Shown: in pieces, positions 39,926-49,193 of the stretch
Position numbering within the stretch: the first letter of the stretch is position 1
Layout of the letters: the number at the start of each line of letters is the position of its first letter
Assembly (NCBI GenBank): GCA_036012755.1
Contig: DASCPX010000129.1
Span: 224,001-288,000 of the forward strand
Reading direction: 5' to 3'
DNA from: Myxococcota bacterium
Lineage (GTDB): Bacteria; Myxococcota_A; UBA796; CAJQPC01
Length of the DNA: 64,000 nucleotides
Notes under the pieces: generated by a model
Database searches by the model: none
What the model saw: the letters and a program-made list of their open reading frames with translations, nothing else
What the model was told of the DNA's origin: nothing
Program-made: the position numbers and the translations under genes

Positions 39926-40269
39926 GGGTCCATCACGTCGCCCTCACCACCACTGATGTCGAGGGCATCGCGGCCTTCTACCGGGACGTGCTCGGGCTGG
40001 AGGAGCAGACCCGGCACCACGACGAGGCGGGTCTTCGCAGCGTCTGGCTGAGGCTGGACGGCTCCACCCTGATGATCGAGCGAGGAGCGTCCGGTTCGGG
40101 CGGATGGCACCTCCTCGCGCTCGAGATCGACCCCAGATCGCGGGAGAGCTGGCGTGTAAGGCTCGTGGAAGCGAGCGCCTACACGCACCACAGCGCCTAC
40201 ACCATCTACGGAAGAGACCCGGACGACAACCCCTTCGGGCTGAGCCACTTCCCCGAGCGTGGTGGATAA
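39922..40269 (+). CDS. VOC/glyoxalase family protein
   Basis: RVHHVAL..D......FY.DVLGL; HLLAL; YGRDPDDN; probable CTG start. Confidence 0.75.
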   Translation: MRVHHVALTTTDVEGIAAFYRDVLGLEEQTRHHDEAGLRSVWLRLDGSTLMIERGASGSGGWHLLALEIDPRSRESWRVRLVEASAYTHHSAYTIYGRDPDDNPFGLSHFPERGG

Positions 40270-40299
40270 TCCCCCTCTTCTGCACTCCAGCGGGGGTCC

Positions 40300-43200
40300 A
40301 TGAAGGACGTCTCGATTCCCATCCCGGAGCAGATCGGTCCATACCGGGTGCTCCGACCTCTCGCCCAGGGCGGGATGGCTGCGGTCTTCGAGGTCGAGGA
40401 CCCCAACACGCGCGAGCACCTCGCGCTGAAGCTGCTCACACACCGCGGCCTCGCGATGCCGCGCTTTGCACGCGAGTTCCGCGCCCTGACCCGGCTGGAT
40501 CATCCGAACATCGTCCGGGTCTACCGCTTCGGTGTCCACGACGGCGCGCCCTACCTGACGATGGAGCTGTTGGACGGCGTGCCCGTGCAGGCCTACGCGA
40601 AGTCGGTCAGCCGGCCTGGCAAGCCGGTTCGGACCCGCGAGGTGCTCCGCATCATCGCTTGCGTGGCAGACGCGCTGGACTACCTGCACCAGCGCGGCAT
40701 CGTCCACCGGGATCTGAAGTCCGCGAACATCCTGGTGCTGCACGACCGGAGGGTGAAGCTGCTCGACTTCGGCACCGCCCGCATCATCACCAACAGCGAC
40801 CACATCACGCGGCACGGCGAGTTCGTCGGCACCTTCGCCTATGCCTCGCCCGAGCAGATCACCGGTGGCACGGTCGACTCGCGCTCGGACCTCTACTCGA
40901 TGGGGGCCCTGCTCTACCGACTGTGCACCGGCAAGCGGGTGTTCGAGGCGGACACCCCCCACAAGCTGGCGCGCATGCACGTCGAGATCTCCCCGCGTCC
41001 GCCTCGGCAGCTCGTGCCCGCCTTGCCCGAGCCCGTAGAGCAGCTGATCCTGCGGCTGCTGGAGAAGGACCCGGCGAAGCGACCTCCTTCGGCTCGCGCG
41101 GTGAGCGACGCAATCCGCGGGCGTCACGGCGCCCTCGGGGTCGACCGCGGCGGGCTCGTGCTGGGCAGCCCTTCTCGCCTGGCCGGGCGCGAGGCCGAGC
41201 TCGCGGCCATCCGGAGCACGCTGGAGAAGGGCAAGCCGGCTCGCACGGTGCTCGTCACGGGACCGCCGGGCTCCGGGCGCGGCCGTCTGCTGCGCTCGGC
41301 GGTGGCGGAGGCTCGAAAGAAGGGCTGGCGGGTCTTCGACGGAGGCTTCGCGGGCCTGCCCGGCCTCGGGGTGCTCAGCGAGCTCATCACGAAGTGCTGG
41401 CAGTCCCTTCCCCCGGCTGATCGGCTCGATCTGGACGAAGAGATCACCTGGATCCGCGCAGCCAACGAAAAGGCCCTGTCCGGCGATCTCGACCCCACTC
41501 GGCGCGCCGAAGTCGTCCGGTCCATCGCAGTGGTCCTGCGGGCCCGCTCGATGCGCGACGAGGCCCCGGTCTGCATGGCGCTGTTCGACCTCCATCGCTC
41601 CTCTCCCGTCGCCCTCGATGTGCTGGCGAGCGTTCGGCAGCGCCTCCGCGAGGAGATCGTCCCCGTCGTCTTCCTGTGCTCCTCGACCGACGACAGCGAG
41701 GGGCCCGGAGCCGTCATCAAGCAGCGGCTCCCTGATGCCTGGCGCCTTCGGCTCAAGCCGCTGTCGGTGCGAGAGGTCCAGGAGATGGTCCACCAGATGC
41801 TGGGTGGGACCACACCCCCTCCGGAGCTCGTCTCGAAGCTCCACGAGGTCACGGGCGGACTCCCCGGCTACGTCGAGGAGGTCATGCGGGCCATGGTGCA
41901 AGCCGGCCTGATCACGGCCCACCAGGAGGGGGCGACGCTCACCTGGCTCGACCGGAGCGGGGGTCGCGTCACCATCCCCGGCAGCGCCAGGGAGGCGATC
42001 ACCTTCCGCCTGGACGGCATCGACAAGGTGGGGACCCGGGTGCTGGAGGCCCTGGCCGTCGCTGGAGGGACCGCGACGGCAGAGGTCCTCGCCCATGCTC
42101 TCGACACGGATCTGGAGGGCATCGTTCGCAAGCTGGACGGCCTGGTGCTTCGCGGGGTGATCCGCAGCGCGGAGGAGAGCGGCGAGGAGCTCTGGCGCTT
42201 CCGCCTCGGCATGACGCGGGACCTCGTGCTGGAGCGCTTGCGTCCCTCGCGGCGCAGCGTGATGCGGCGGAGGATGGCGGACGTGGTCTCCGGACAGCCC
42301 CCCAGCGCGAACAAGATCCTGCTCCTCGCCGCCGCCGAGCGGGCCGACGAAGCGCTCAGCGACTGTGTTTCATGGGGCCTGCCGCTGTTGGAGTGGAACC
42401 GCTGCCTGGAGCTCCTCCCGGTGCTCGAAGCAGTCGAGCGGATCGTCCCTGCGGCTCACGGCATCAGCCCGGTCCAGCTGGCCAAGTTCTACCTGCTTTT
42501 CGGGCGCTGTCTCCAGGTCGTTCGACCGGGCGACTCCCGCATGGAGGATTACTTCAAGAAGGCGGGCTCGCTCTCGAACCAGCCCCAGATCCGAGGCGAG
42601 GTCGATCTCTATTACGCACGGACCCTGGTCGATCGCGGGGATCTGGAGGCCGCCCGGATGCGTCTCGACCGGGCTCACGCGGCCCTCCCGGCGGGCGCCA
42701 GGCCTCGGGTCCGGAGCCGAATCAGCCGGGATCTGGGTCGACTGCGGTGGCTCCAGGGTGGCTTCGACGACGCCGAGCGCTGGTTCGACGAGGCCCTCGA
42801 CGCTGCTCGCCGTGACGGGGACGACCGAGAGGTCGCGCGCTGTCTGGTCTCGCGGGGAGCGACCTCTCAGGCCAGCGGGCACATGCGGCGCAGCGAGACC
42901 CAGCTGCGCGAGGCGATTCGGCTCTACGAGACCTGTGGGGACCGCGACGGCGCCTGGGACGCCCAGGCGAATCTGTGCGAGATCCTGCGCCTGTCCTGCC
43001 GCTTCTCAGAGGCCCTCGAGATGCTGGAGGCGGAGCTTCGCGTGGCCCACGCCACCGGGGCGCTCCATCGCTACGCGGTGATGGTCATCAACGTCGCCGA
43101 GATCGAGATCGAGATGCTGCGGCTGGGGCGGGCCCGCGAGCGGCTGAGCGCCCTGCAGGCGGAGCTCGAGCCCGGGACTCACATCCACCTCCAGGCGGCG

Positions 43201-43755
43201 AGCGCGGTGGCTCGTGGGCGCATCGCGATCGCCAGCGGCGAGCACCGGAGCGTCGGACCGCTGCTGGCACCGGTGGTCGAGCTCTGCGAGCAGCGGGGGA
43301 TCCGCGTGGCGCCGGACCTGATGCGGGCCTACATGGCCGAGGCTCTCGTGCTCTGCGGTCGAGAGACGGAAGGCGTGGAGCTCTTCGACGAGGCGCTCTC
43401 ACATCTGCGACGCGACCGGCACGTGCCCTCCCTCGGCGAGGCCTGCGTCGCGCGCGCCCGGGCCTTCATGGGGCGCGAAGACCCCGAGGTGGCCTTCAAG
43501 CCCGTCCTCCGCTGGCTGGGCAAGGAGCCCGCCGTGTTGATTCGCATGGAGTACCTGCTCGCGGCGGTGCGACACGCGGTGCTGATCGGCAACAGGGAGC
43601 GCGCCACGGCCTACCTGCTCGCGACGCGCGAGCTCCTGGGCGACGTCCGCGGCAACCTCTCCCGGGCCGACCGGGAGACCCTGCGGGTCCACCCGTGGAA
43701 CCTCTTCGTGAGGCGCGGGCTCAACCGGTCGGTCGCTGCGAAGCCGGTCCCTTGA
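40300..43755 (+). CDS. Ser/Thr protein kinase with AAA-like and TPR-like regions
   Basis: LAQGGMA, ALK, HRDLKSAN, DFG, SPE; LAGREAEL..GPPGSGRG; TGGLPGY. Confidence 0.85.
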   Translation: MKDVSIPIPEQIGPYRVLRPLAQGGMAAVFEVEDPNTREHLALKLLTHRGLAMPRFAREFRALTRLDHPNIVRVYRFGVHDGAPYLTMELLDGVPVQAYAKSVSRPGKPVRTREVLRIIACVADALDYLHQRGIVHRDLKSANILVLHDRRVKLLDFGTARIITNSDHITRHGEFVGTFAYASPEQITGGTVDSRSDLYSMGALLYRLCTGKRVFEADTPHKLARMHVEISPRPPRQLVPALPEPVEQLILRLLEKDPAKRPPSARAVSDAIRGRHGALGVDRGGLVLGSPSRLAGREAELAAIRSTLEKGKPARTVLVTGPPGSGRGRLLRSAVAEARKKGWRVFDGGFAGLPGLGVLSELITKCWQSLPPADRLDLDEEITWIRAANEKALSGDLDPTRRAEVVRSIAVVLRARSMRDEAPVCMALFDLHRSSPVALDVLASVRQRLREEIVPVVFLCSSTDDSEGPGAVIKQRLPDAWRLRLKPLSVREVQEMVHQMLGGTTPPPELVSKLHEVTGGLPGYVEEVMRAMVQAGLITAHQEGATLTWLDRSGGRVTIPGSAREAITFRLDGIDKVGTRVLEALAVAGGTATAEVLAHALDTDLEGIVRKLDGLVLRGVIRSAEESGEELWRFRLGMTRDLVLERLRPSRRSVMRRRMADVVSGQPPSANKILLLAAAERADEALSDCVSWGLPLLEWNRCLELLPVLEAVERIVPAAHGISPVQLAKFYLLFGRCLQVVRPGDSRMEDYFKKAGSLSNQPQIRGEVDLYYARTLVDRGDLEAARMRLDRAHAALPAGARPRVRSRISRDLGRLRWLQGGFDDAERWFDEALDAARRDGDDREVARCLVSRGATSQASGHMRRSETQLREAIRLYETCGDRDGAWDAQANLCEILRLSCRFSEALEMLEAELRVAHATGALHRYAVMVINVAEIEIEMLRLGRARERLSALQAELEPGTHIHLQAASAVARGRIAIASGEHRSVGPLLAPVVELCEQRGIRVAPDLMRAYMAEALVLCGRETEGVELFDEALSHLRRDRHVPSLGEACVARARAFMGREDPEVAFKPVLRWLGKEPAVLIRMEYLLAAVRHAVLIGNRERATAYLLATRELLGDVRGNLSRADRETLRVHPWNLFVRRGLNRSVAAKPVP

Positions 43756-44593
43756 ACACCAGCGCCCCCCCCGCGCCGATGACGAGCACGCCGCCGACGA
43801 GGACCTCCCAGCCGGGCACGATCGCGAAGATGGCCACATCGACCAGCGCCGCCCACAGCGGTGAGGTGTAGCTGGTGGCGGCGACCAGCGAGGCCTTCTC
43901 CGCTCTGTAGGCCGCGGTCATGGCCACCTGGCCGATGGTGGCGAAGAAGCCGACCCCGCCGATGGCGAGCCAGTACTCGGCAGGAGGGACGCGCCAGGAC
44001 CCTGTAGCGGCGAGAAACGCACCGGCGAGGACGAAGACCCCCAGCTGGAACCAGAACACGATGGTGGCGGGAGTGTCCGTCCGTCCCAGCCTCCTGAGCG
44101 CCATGTGAGCGCCGGTGCTGAACACGGCAGCGCCGAGGGCCCAGAGCGCGTACACGCCCCCTTCGGAGAGCCCGCCTTCGAACTCGGGCCAGATCAGCAG
44201 CCCGCAGCCGGCGAGGCCGCAGGCCATCACCCCCCACACGAGCTTGCCGGAGCGTTCACCCAGGAAGATCGGCGCGAAGATCGCGACGAGGCTCGGCTGG
44301 AGCCGGGAGATCAGCGCCAGGTTCGCCAGCGGCAGCCCCTTCGCGGCGGTGAAGAAGCAGACCATCGCGGTCAGTCCGAGCACCAGCCTCAGGCCGAAGA
44401 CCCGGCGGTTCTGCAGACGGAGCCCCCCGCGCCAGGCCAGGGCCAGGGCCAGGGGCACGGCCACGACGCAGCGCCAGTGGATGATCTCGAGCGCGTCGAG
44501 TTCCTCTCGGCAGATCTTCACCAACGTGACCATGACGGTGAAGGCAATGGAGCTGCCGACGCCGAGGAGCGCGCCGATGCGGATCCGGCTCAC
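43721..44593 (-). CDS. DMT/EamA-family transporter
   Basis: About ten TMs, FLGER motif, two-repeat architecture. Confidence 0.85.
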   Translation of the reverse strand: MSRIRIGALLGVGSSIAFTVMVTLVKICREELDALEIIHWRCVVAVPLALALAWRGGLRLQNRRVFGLRLVLGLTAMVCFFTAAKGLPLANLALISRLQPSLVAIFAPIFLGERSGKLVWGVMACGLAGCGLLIWPEFEGGLSEGGVYALWALGAAVFSTGAHMALRRLGRTDTPATIVFWFQLGVFVLAGAFLAATGSWRVPPAEYWLAIGGVGFFATIGQVAMTAAYRAEKASLVAATSYTSPLWAALVDVAIFAIVPGWEVLVGGVLVIGAGGALVFKGPASQRPTG

Positions 44594-44874
44594 TGGAGGT
44601 GGGCCGCGTCCACCCTGCGAGCACAGAGCTCGGCGTGGTCCCCGTCGAGGAGCCCGCAGAGCTCCCGGAGCTTCGCGCGATCCGCGTCCCGGTGGTCCTC
44701 GACCCAGGACAGCACCGCGGCGTGCCTCACGATGCGGTCCTCCAGCTGCCTGGCGAGCGCCGTGGCGAGGTCGACGTCGCCCTCCTCCGACATCCTCTCG
44801 GCGAGGCAGGTGTCCCGCTCCAGGCCGAGCCGCTCCTCGCAGGGGAGCGTGCAGGCGAGCAACAGAGTGATCAG
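44590..44874 (-). CDS. Small Cys-containing lipoprotein (probable CTG start)
   Basis: (M)ITLLLACTLPC...; C-terminal C.RRVDAAHL; stop overlaps the DMT start. Confidence 0.55.
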   Translation of the reverse strand: MITLLLACTLPCEERLGLERDTCLAERMSEEGDVDLATALARQLEDRIVRHAAVLSWVEDHRDADRAKLRELCGLLDGDHAELCARRVDAAHLQ

Positions 44875-46208
44875 AGGAGGAACCCGCGGGTCCCCGGGGG
44901 CAGCTCCTCGCGCAGGCGCTCGATGGGATCGAGGCCGACCTCGCCAGGGCTGGTCAACAGCGCCTCGTCGGCGATCACCAGGCTCAGCATGCGCAAGCGG
45001 TGGGTTCGGCGGAGGTCGGCGAGGGCCTCTGCGAGGTCGAGCACGTCATGAGAGGTCGCCCTCAGCACCGGACCGGGCTCACCCTCTGGGAGCACCACGT
45101 CTGCCGGCGCGACGACCACGACCGGTCCATGGCGCGAGCGAGTGAGGATCAGCGGCCCGAGCTCGTCTTCGAGGCGCTCCAGCGAGCTGCCCTCGGGTGC
45201 GTGGGCCCACTCGAGGGCGCCGGGCAGTCCAGCGCGCATGCGGCGTCCCAGCCAGACACCGCCTGCGAGGGTGAGCACCGCGAGCAGGAGCGACCACCAG
45301 GAGGCCCCACCCGGTGGACGACCCTGGGGTGCGCCTCCTCGAGGCTGGTCGGGCTGCGAGCCCTGTGGAGCCTCCATCTGCGGCAATGAGGGGCCCTGTG
45401 GAGCCTCCATCTGCGGCCTCTCCATCTGCGGCAATGCGGGGCCCTGTGGAGCCTCCATCTGCGGCCTCTCCATCTGCGGCAATGGGACAGGCGCCGGCTC
45501 CAGCCCGGGCTCCGGGACGTCCTCTTGCGGCGCTGCCGCTGACAGGTCGAGCCGCGGCGGGAGGAGGGGCCAATCGGTGGCCTCGAGGCTGCCGTGGTCG
45601 TAGCGAGCCATCACCACGCCGGCACCACGGTCGAAGGCGATGCTCAGGTCGATCTGTCCTGTGTGGGTGCGGATCTGGACGGAGAGATCGGTGCCCGGGG
45701 CCACACCCCCGCAGGTGGCGATGTCGTCGTTCAGCACCCGGTCGGGGAACTCGCCGTTGTCCTGGCAGCCCAACTGGGCCTGCCCCTCCCCCTGGAGCAG
45801 GACGACCGGCGCCTGGCTCAGGGGACCGGCGTCGATCTCGATGATCACCGCCTGTCGGGGTTGCCTCGGCGTCGTGGGGTCGCGCGCCTCGGGGCGCCCC
45901 TTTGTGACGATGAGGTCGTCGCCGCCGAGGCTCAAGGTGATGTCGCCGTCCGGGAGCTCGCCGTGAGCGCTCGAGTAGATCGAGTCTCCGTCGACGAGCA
46001 GGGCCACTCGCAGCTCTCCCTGACCTGGAATGTCGCTGCAGGCCCAGACGCCGTCCCCGGGCTCCGCGTCCTGGCCCTGACCGTCATCGGCGCAGAGGCC
46101 GAGGTGCTCGCCTTCTTTGTCCTCGATGACGACGACGACGCTGGTGGCGTCGAGGTCCTCGACCCAGACACCTGCACCCGCGATCGGAACGAGGAGCAGC
46201 GACAGCAA
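44871..46208 (-). CDS. Exported membrane-anchored protein with Ca-binding-like DDG..D...DG motifs and Pro/Gln repeats
   Basis: DDGQGQDAEPGDGVW and DNGEFPDRVLNDD; PQME repeats; late TM segment; TTG 46208 start inferred. Confidence 0.6.
   Translation of the reverse strand: MLSLLLVPIAGAGVWVEDLDATSVVVVIEDKEGEHLGLCADDGQGQDAEPGDGVWACSDIPGQGELRVALLVDGDSIYSSAHGELPDGDITLSLGGDDLIVTKGRPEARDPTTPRQPRQAVIIEIDAGPLSQAPVVLLQGEGQAQLGCQDNGEFPDRVLNDDIATCGGVAPGTDLSVQIRTHTGQIDLSIAFDRGAGVVMARYDHGSLEATDWPLLPPRLDLSAAAPQEDVPEPGLEPAPVPLPQMERPQMEAPQGPALPQMERPQMEAPQGPSLPQMEAPQGSQPDQPRGGAPQGRPPGGASWWSLLLAVLTLAGGVWLGRRMRAGLPGALEWAHAPEGSSLERLEDELGPLILTRSRHGPVVVVAPADVVLPEGEPGPVLRATSHDVLDLAEALADLRRTHRLRMLSLVIADEALLTSPGEVGLDPIERLREELPPGTRGFLL
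45361..45483. repeat. Tandem coding repeat (ccctgtggagcctccatctgcggc and tccatctgcggc units)
   Basis: Three copies of ccctgtggagcctccatctgcggc with nested tccatctgcggc; encodes PQMERPQMEAPQGP on the minus strand. Confidence 0.85.
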
Positions 46209-46230
46209 GGTGCTAGGATAGCCCGCCGCC
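46209..46230. promoter_or_regulatory. Putative bidirectional -10 promoter
   Basis: TG-C-TAGGAT (46211-46219, +) overlaps TATCCT (46220-46215, -) in a 22-bp gap between divergent starts. Confidence 0.5.
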
Positions 46231-47067
46231 GTGCTCATCCTGCTGCTCCCCATCGCCTGCGATGCCGATCTGCCGGTGGCCGAGACGGATCCGACACCGC
46301 TGGAGATCTCGGAGACCAGCACGCTGGTCCAGGCGCTCTATGCCGGGGAGACCGTCCCGAACCCGCAGGGGGACCGGCTTCGGCTGATGGCGTGGCTGGC
46401 CTCGCTGGAGGCCACGGACCAGGAGCTCGGTGCCATCCGCGAAGCCGCCGTGCGGGTCTCTGACCAGAAGCGCCGCTACCGCCTGGATCTCGAGGCCGCT
46501 GGCGTGGAGGAGGCGGCGGCGCTCGCCGAGGTCTATGGCGAGCTGGAAGAGCGCCTGGTCGACGGGCTCGACGAAGAGGAGGCCGCCGCCTTCGCCGTGC
46601 GGGTGGAGGAGGCCCGTGGAGGCCTGACAGACGCGCGGGCGCTCCACGTCGCTTACGTCGAAGAGGTCCTCGCAGAGGGCAGGAAGGTGGCTTCGATGCT
46701 CGGGCCTGCGCGCACCCAGGCGATGGCGAACGCGCTCTTCGTCTTGCGCTCGGAGCTCGGCGAGGGAGTCCGCCCTGCCTTGTACTCGGACCTCGTCGGC
46801 CGCCCGTGGAGGGCCGGGGACTTCGCGACCCTGAAGCGCTCGGAGCTCGACGAGGACGCCTCTCAGCTGGATCCGGGCGGGATCTTCACGCTGGACGCCG
46901 GAGCCACACAGGTCAACGCGGGTCTGGACTCCACTCGGACCGCCGTGCTGGTGGCCATGGTGCTCGAAGACCCCGAGCTGGTCTCGGCCATCGACCGCAT
47001 GCTGGGCGTCGTGCCCGAGCCCGCCGAGGCCGTCGAGGTCGTCGAGCCGGAGGAGCTCGAGGAGTGA
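46231..47067 (+). CDS. Hypothetical lipoprotein
   Basis: MLILLLPIAC; acidic helical protein; coupled to the next gene by GTGA. Confidence 0.65.
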   Translation: MLILLLPIACDADLPVAETDPTPLEISETSTLVQALYAGETVPNPQGDRLRLMAWLASLEATDQELGAIREAAVRVSDQKRRYRLDLEAAGVEEAAALAEVYGELEERLVDGLDEEEAAAFAVRVEEARGGLTDARALHVAYVEEVLAEGRKVASMLGPARTQAMANALFVLRSELGEGVRPALYSDLVGRPWRAGDFATLKRSELDEDASQLDPGGIFTLDAGATQVNAGLDSTRTAVLVAMVLEDPELVSAIDRMLGVVPEPAEAVEVVEPEELEE

Positions 47068-49193
47068 GGCCCTGGCTGCTCGCGCTGGGGGTCTACGCCC
47101 TGGGCTCGGTCGTGTTCACCCTGCCCATGCCGCTGGAGCTCGACAGCTCGATCTGGGGGGACCGCTTCGACGCCTGGACGACGATCTGGCTCATCTGGCA
47201 CCTCGCGGACGGCATCCTCAGCGGACAGCTGCAGGAGGTCACGGAGCTCATCTTCTACCCAGTGGGCTACAACCTCTGGAGCTTCGGCCACATGGGCATC
47301 CAGCTCCTGGGCATTCCGCTGATCGCCCTCGGCGTTGGGCTGACCGCGACCTACAACCTGCTGTTGTTGGGCGCCTTCACGGCGAGCGGGCTCTGCGGGC
47401 ACGCCCTCGGTCACCGGCTCAGCGGCTCCCACTGGGGAGGCTTCCTCGCCGGCGCGATCTTCGCCTGGAATCCATACACCTACGGCGAGATGAGCGCGGG
47501 CTGTGTCGAGCTCGTCGGCGCCTGGTTCATCCCGCTCTATGCCCTGATGCTCATCCGGGTCTGCGACAAGCCGACATGGCAAAGGGCGGCCTGGGCCGCG
47601 GTCGTGCTGGCCTGCGTCGGGCCCTTCAACTGGTACTACACGGCCTTTCTCGGGATGTTCACCGGGGTCTTCCTCGCCTGGCGGGTCCTCGCCGGCGGTC
47701 GGAATCGGAACAAGGCCGTGGCCTGGATCGTCGTGGCGGCGCTGGTGGCCGGGGTCTCGAACGTCCCGCTGATCTCCAAGGCTCGGCGGGAGACCCCCTC
47801 GCGATCCCTGATCACGGCCGAGACCTTCAGCCCCGAGAACTGGGCGGAGGCCAACCGGATCGCGAACGGCAGCGTGCCGCTCGAGGACCTCGACGTCGAA
47901 CTCCTCGAGCTGAACGACGCGATGCAGGTGGCGATCAACTCGACCTCGCTCGTGAACTTGACGAAGGCGGCTTTTCCTCCGAACCCGCTGGAGTCGACAC
48001 CTGGCCGGATGGCCTACGCCTTTGGGCTCTTCGGGCTGGTGATGGCTGGTCGCCGAGGTCGTCCCTGGGCGCTCATGGCCCTTGGCTTCAGCGTGCTGAC
48101 GCTCGGGCCCTACCTGCAGATCGACGCCACCCCCCCGATCCCGGACTGGTCACTGGCCTCGCCGCTGCCCTACTACGGCCTCTACAACGAAGTGCCCTTC
48201 TTCGCGAAGGCATACCGTCCCTACCGGATCGGCGTCATCGTGCTGCTCTGTCTGTCGGCCCTGGCCGCCACGGGTCTCGCGCGGATGCGCTGGCGCTGGC
48301 GCTTCGCGGTGCCCGTGGCGGCTGTCCTGTTGTGCTGCACCCAGCCCCACTGGAGCGGTGTGTCGGCGCGGGAGATGAGCGACGCGGAGATCCCCGTCGT
48401 CTACGAGCAGGTGGCGGAGCTGGAGCCCGGAGCCATCATCGAGCTGCCGCTGCACTACCAGCCCGTGACCCCCGCCAACGCGCGCTTCCAGTACTACCAG
48501 GTGGTCCATGGCAAGCCGCTGTTGAATTGCAACCAGCTCATCCGGCGAACCGACCTGGCCCGCTTCCAGGAGTACGTGGCGGCCAACTCCTTCGTCGAGA
48601 CCGTGCTCGATCTCGGACGCAAGGAGGGACCCTATTCGTGGCTCGGCGAGGACCTCGAGAGCCTCCATGAGCAAGGATTCCGCTACGTCATCGCCCACAC
48701 GAGCGTCGAGCGTGACTCGGTCCACCTCGGCGGCTTCAACGCGGACGCGGATCGGCTGAAGCAGCCGGCGTGGGACATGCTCCGGGAGACCTTCGGCGAG
48801 CCTCTGCTGGTCGGCGAGGACGGCACCTGGGTCTACGCCGTGCCCTCGCAGATCGAGCCTGGCGAGCACCGCTGGGAGGCGACGTGGGAGGACGTCCCGG
48901 TGGAGTGGGCGGAGCTCGACCTGCCGGTGACGCTGGCTGGTGACGGGCTGCTCCTGGAGCTCGGAGGACCGGCGGAGCGCTTGTCCTTCTGGGTGCTGGC
49001 AGAGGGTGAGTTCGTCGTCGAAGCTGGCGAGCCCATTCCGGTCGTCACGCGCGAGGGGGCCTGGACCTGGGTCGAGGTCGAGCTGGGCGGCGCCTCCTCG
49101 GTCATGCTCTCGCCGCGGAGCGAGGAGCTCGTCTTGCGCCTGGACGCGGTGCAGGTGCTGCCCTCGGCAGATTCAGCGGTGGCGTCCCGATGA
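47064..49193 (+). CDS. GT-C-like polytopic membrane protein (YfhO/PMT-like)
   Basis: GDRFD..TTIW, IFYP.G, TYN, AGAIFAW.PY, YY; C-terminal IELP...YQVVHGKPL. Confidence 0.65.
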   Translation: MRPWLLALGVYALGSVVFTLPMPLELDSSIWGDRFDAWTTIWLIWHLADGILSGQLQEVTELIFYPVGYNLWSFGHMGIQLLGIPLIALGVGLTATYNLLLLGAFTASGLCGHALGHRLSGSHWGGFLAGAIFAWNPYTYGEMSAGCVELVGAWFIPLYALMLIRVCDKPTWQRAAWAAVVLACVGPFNWYYTAFLGMFTGVFLAWRVLAGGRNRNKAVAWIVVAALVAGVSNVPLISKARRETPSRSLITAETFSPENWAEANRIANGSVPLEDLDVELLELNDAMQVAINSTSLVNLTKAAFPPNPLESTPGRMAYAFGLFGLVMAGRRGRPWALMALGFSVLTLGPYLQIDATPPIPDWSLASPLPYYGLYNEVPFFAKAYRPYRIGVIVLLCLSALAATGLARMRWRWRFAVPVAAVLLCCTQPHWSGVSAREMSDAEIPVVYEQVAELEPGAIIELPLHYQPVTPANARFQYYQVVHGKPLLNCNQLIRRTDLARFQEYVAANSFVETVLDLGRKEGPYSWLGEDLESLHEQGFRYVIAHTSVERDSVHLGGFNADADRLKQPAWDMLRETFGEPLLVGEDGTWVYAVPSQIEPGEHRWEATWEDVPVEWAELDLPVTLAGDGLLLELGGPAERLSFWVLAEGEFVVEAGEPIPVVTREGAWTWVEVELGGASSVMLSPRSEELVLRLDAVQVLPSADSAVASR

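Noticed and set aside
34670..42096. Long overlapping ORFs (34670..37336 N-part, 34745..37303 N-part, 37300..39045, 39208..42096)
   Set aside because: Stop-poor antisense or alternate frames expected in high-GC coding DNA; no motifs.
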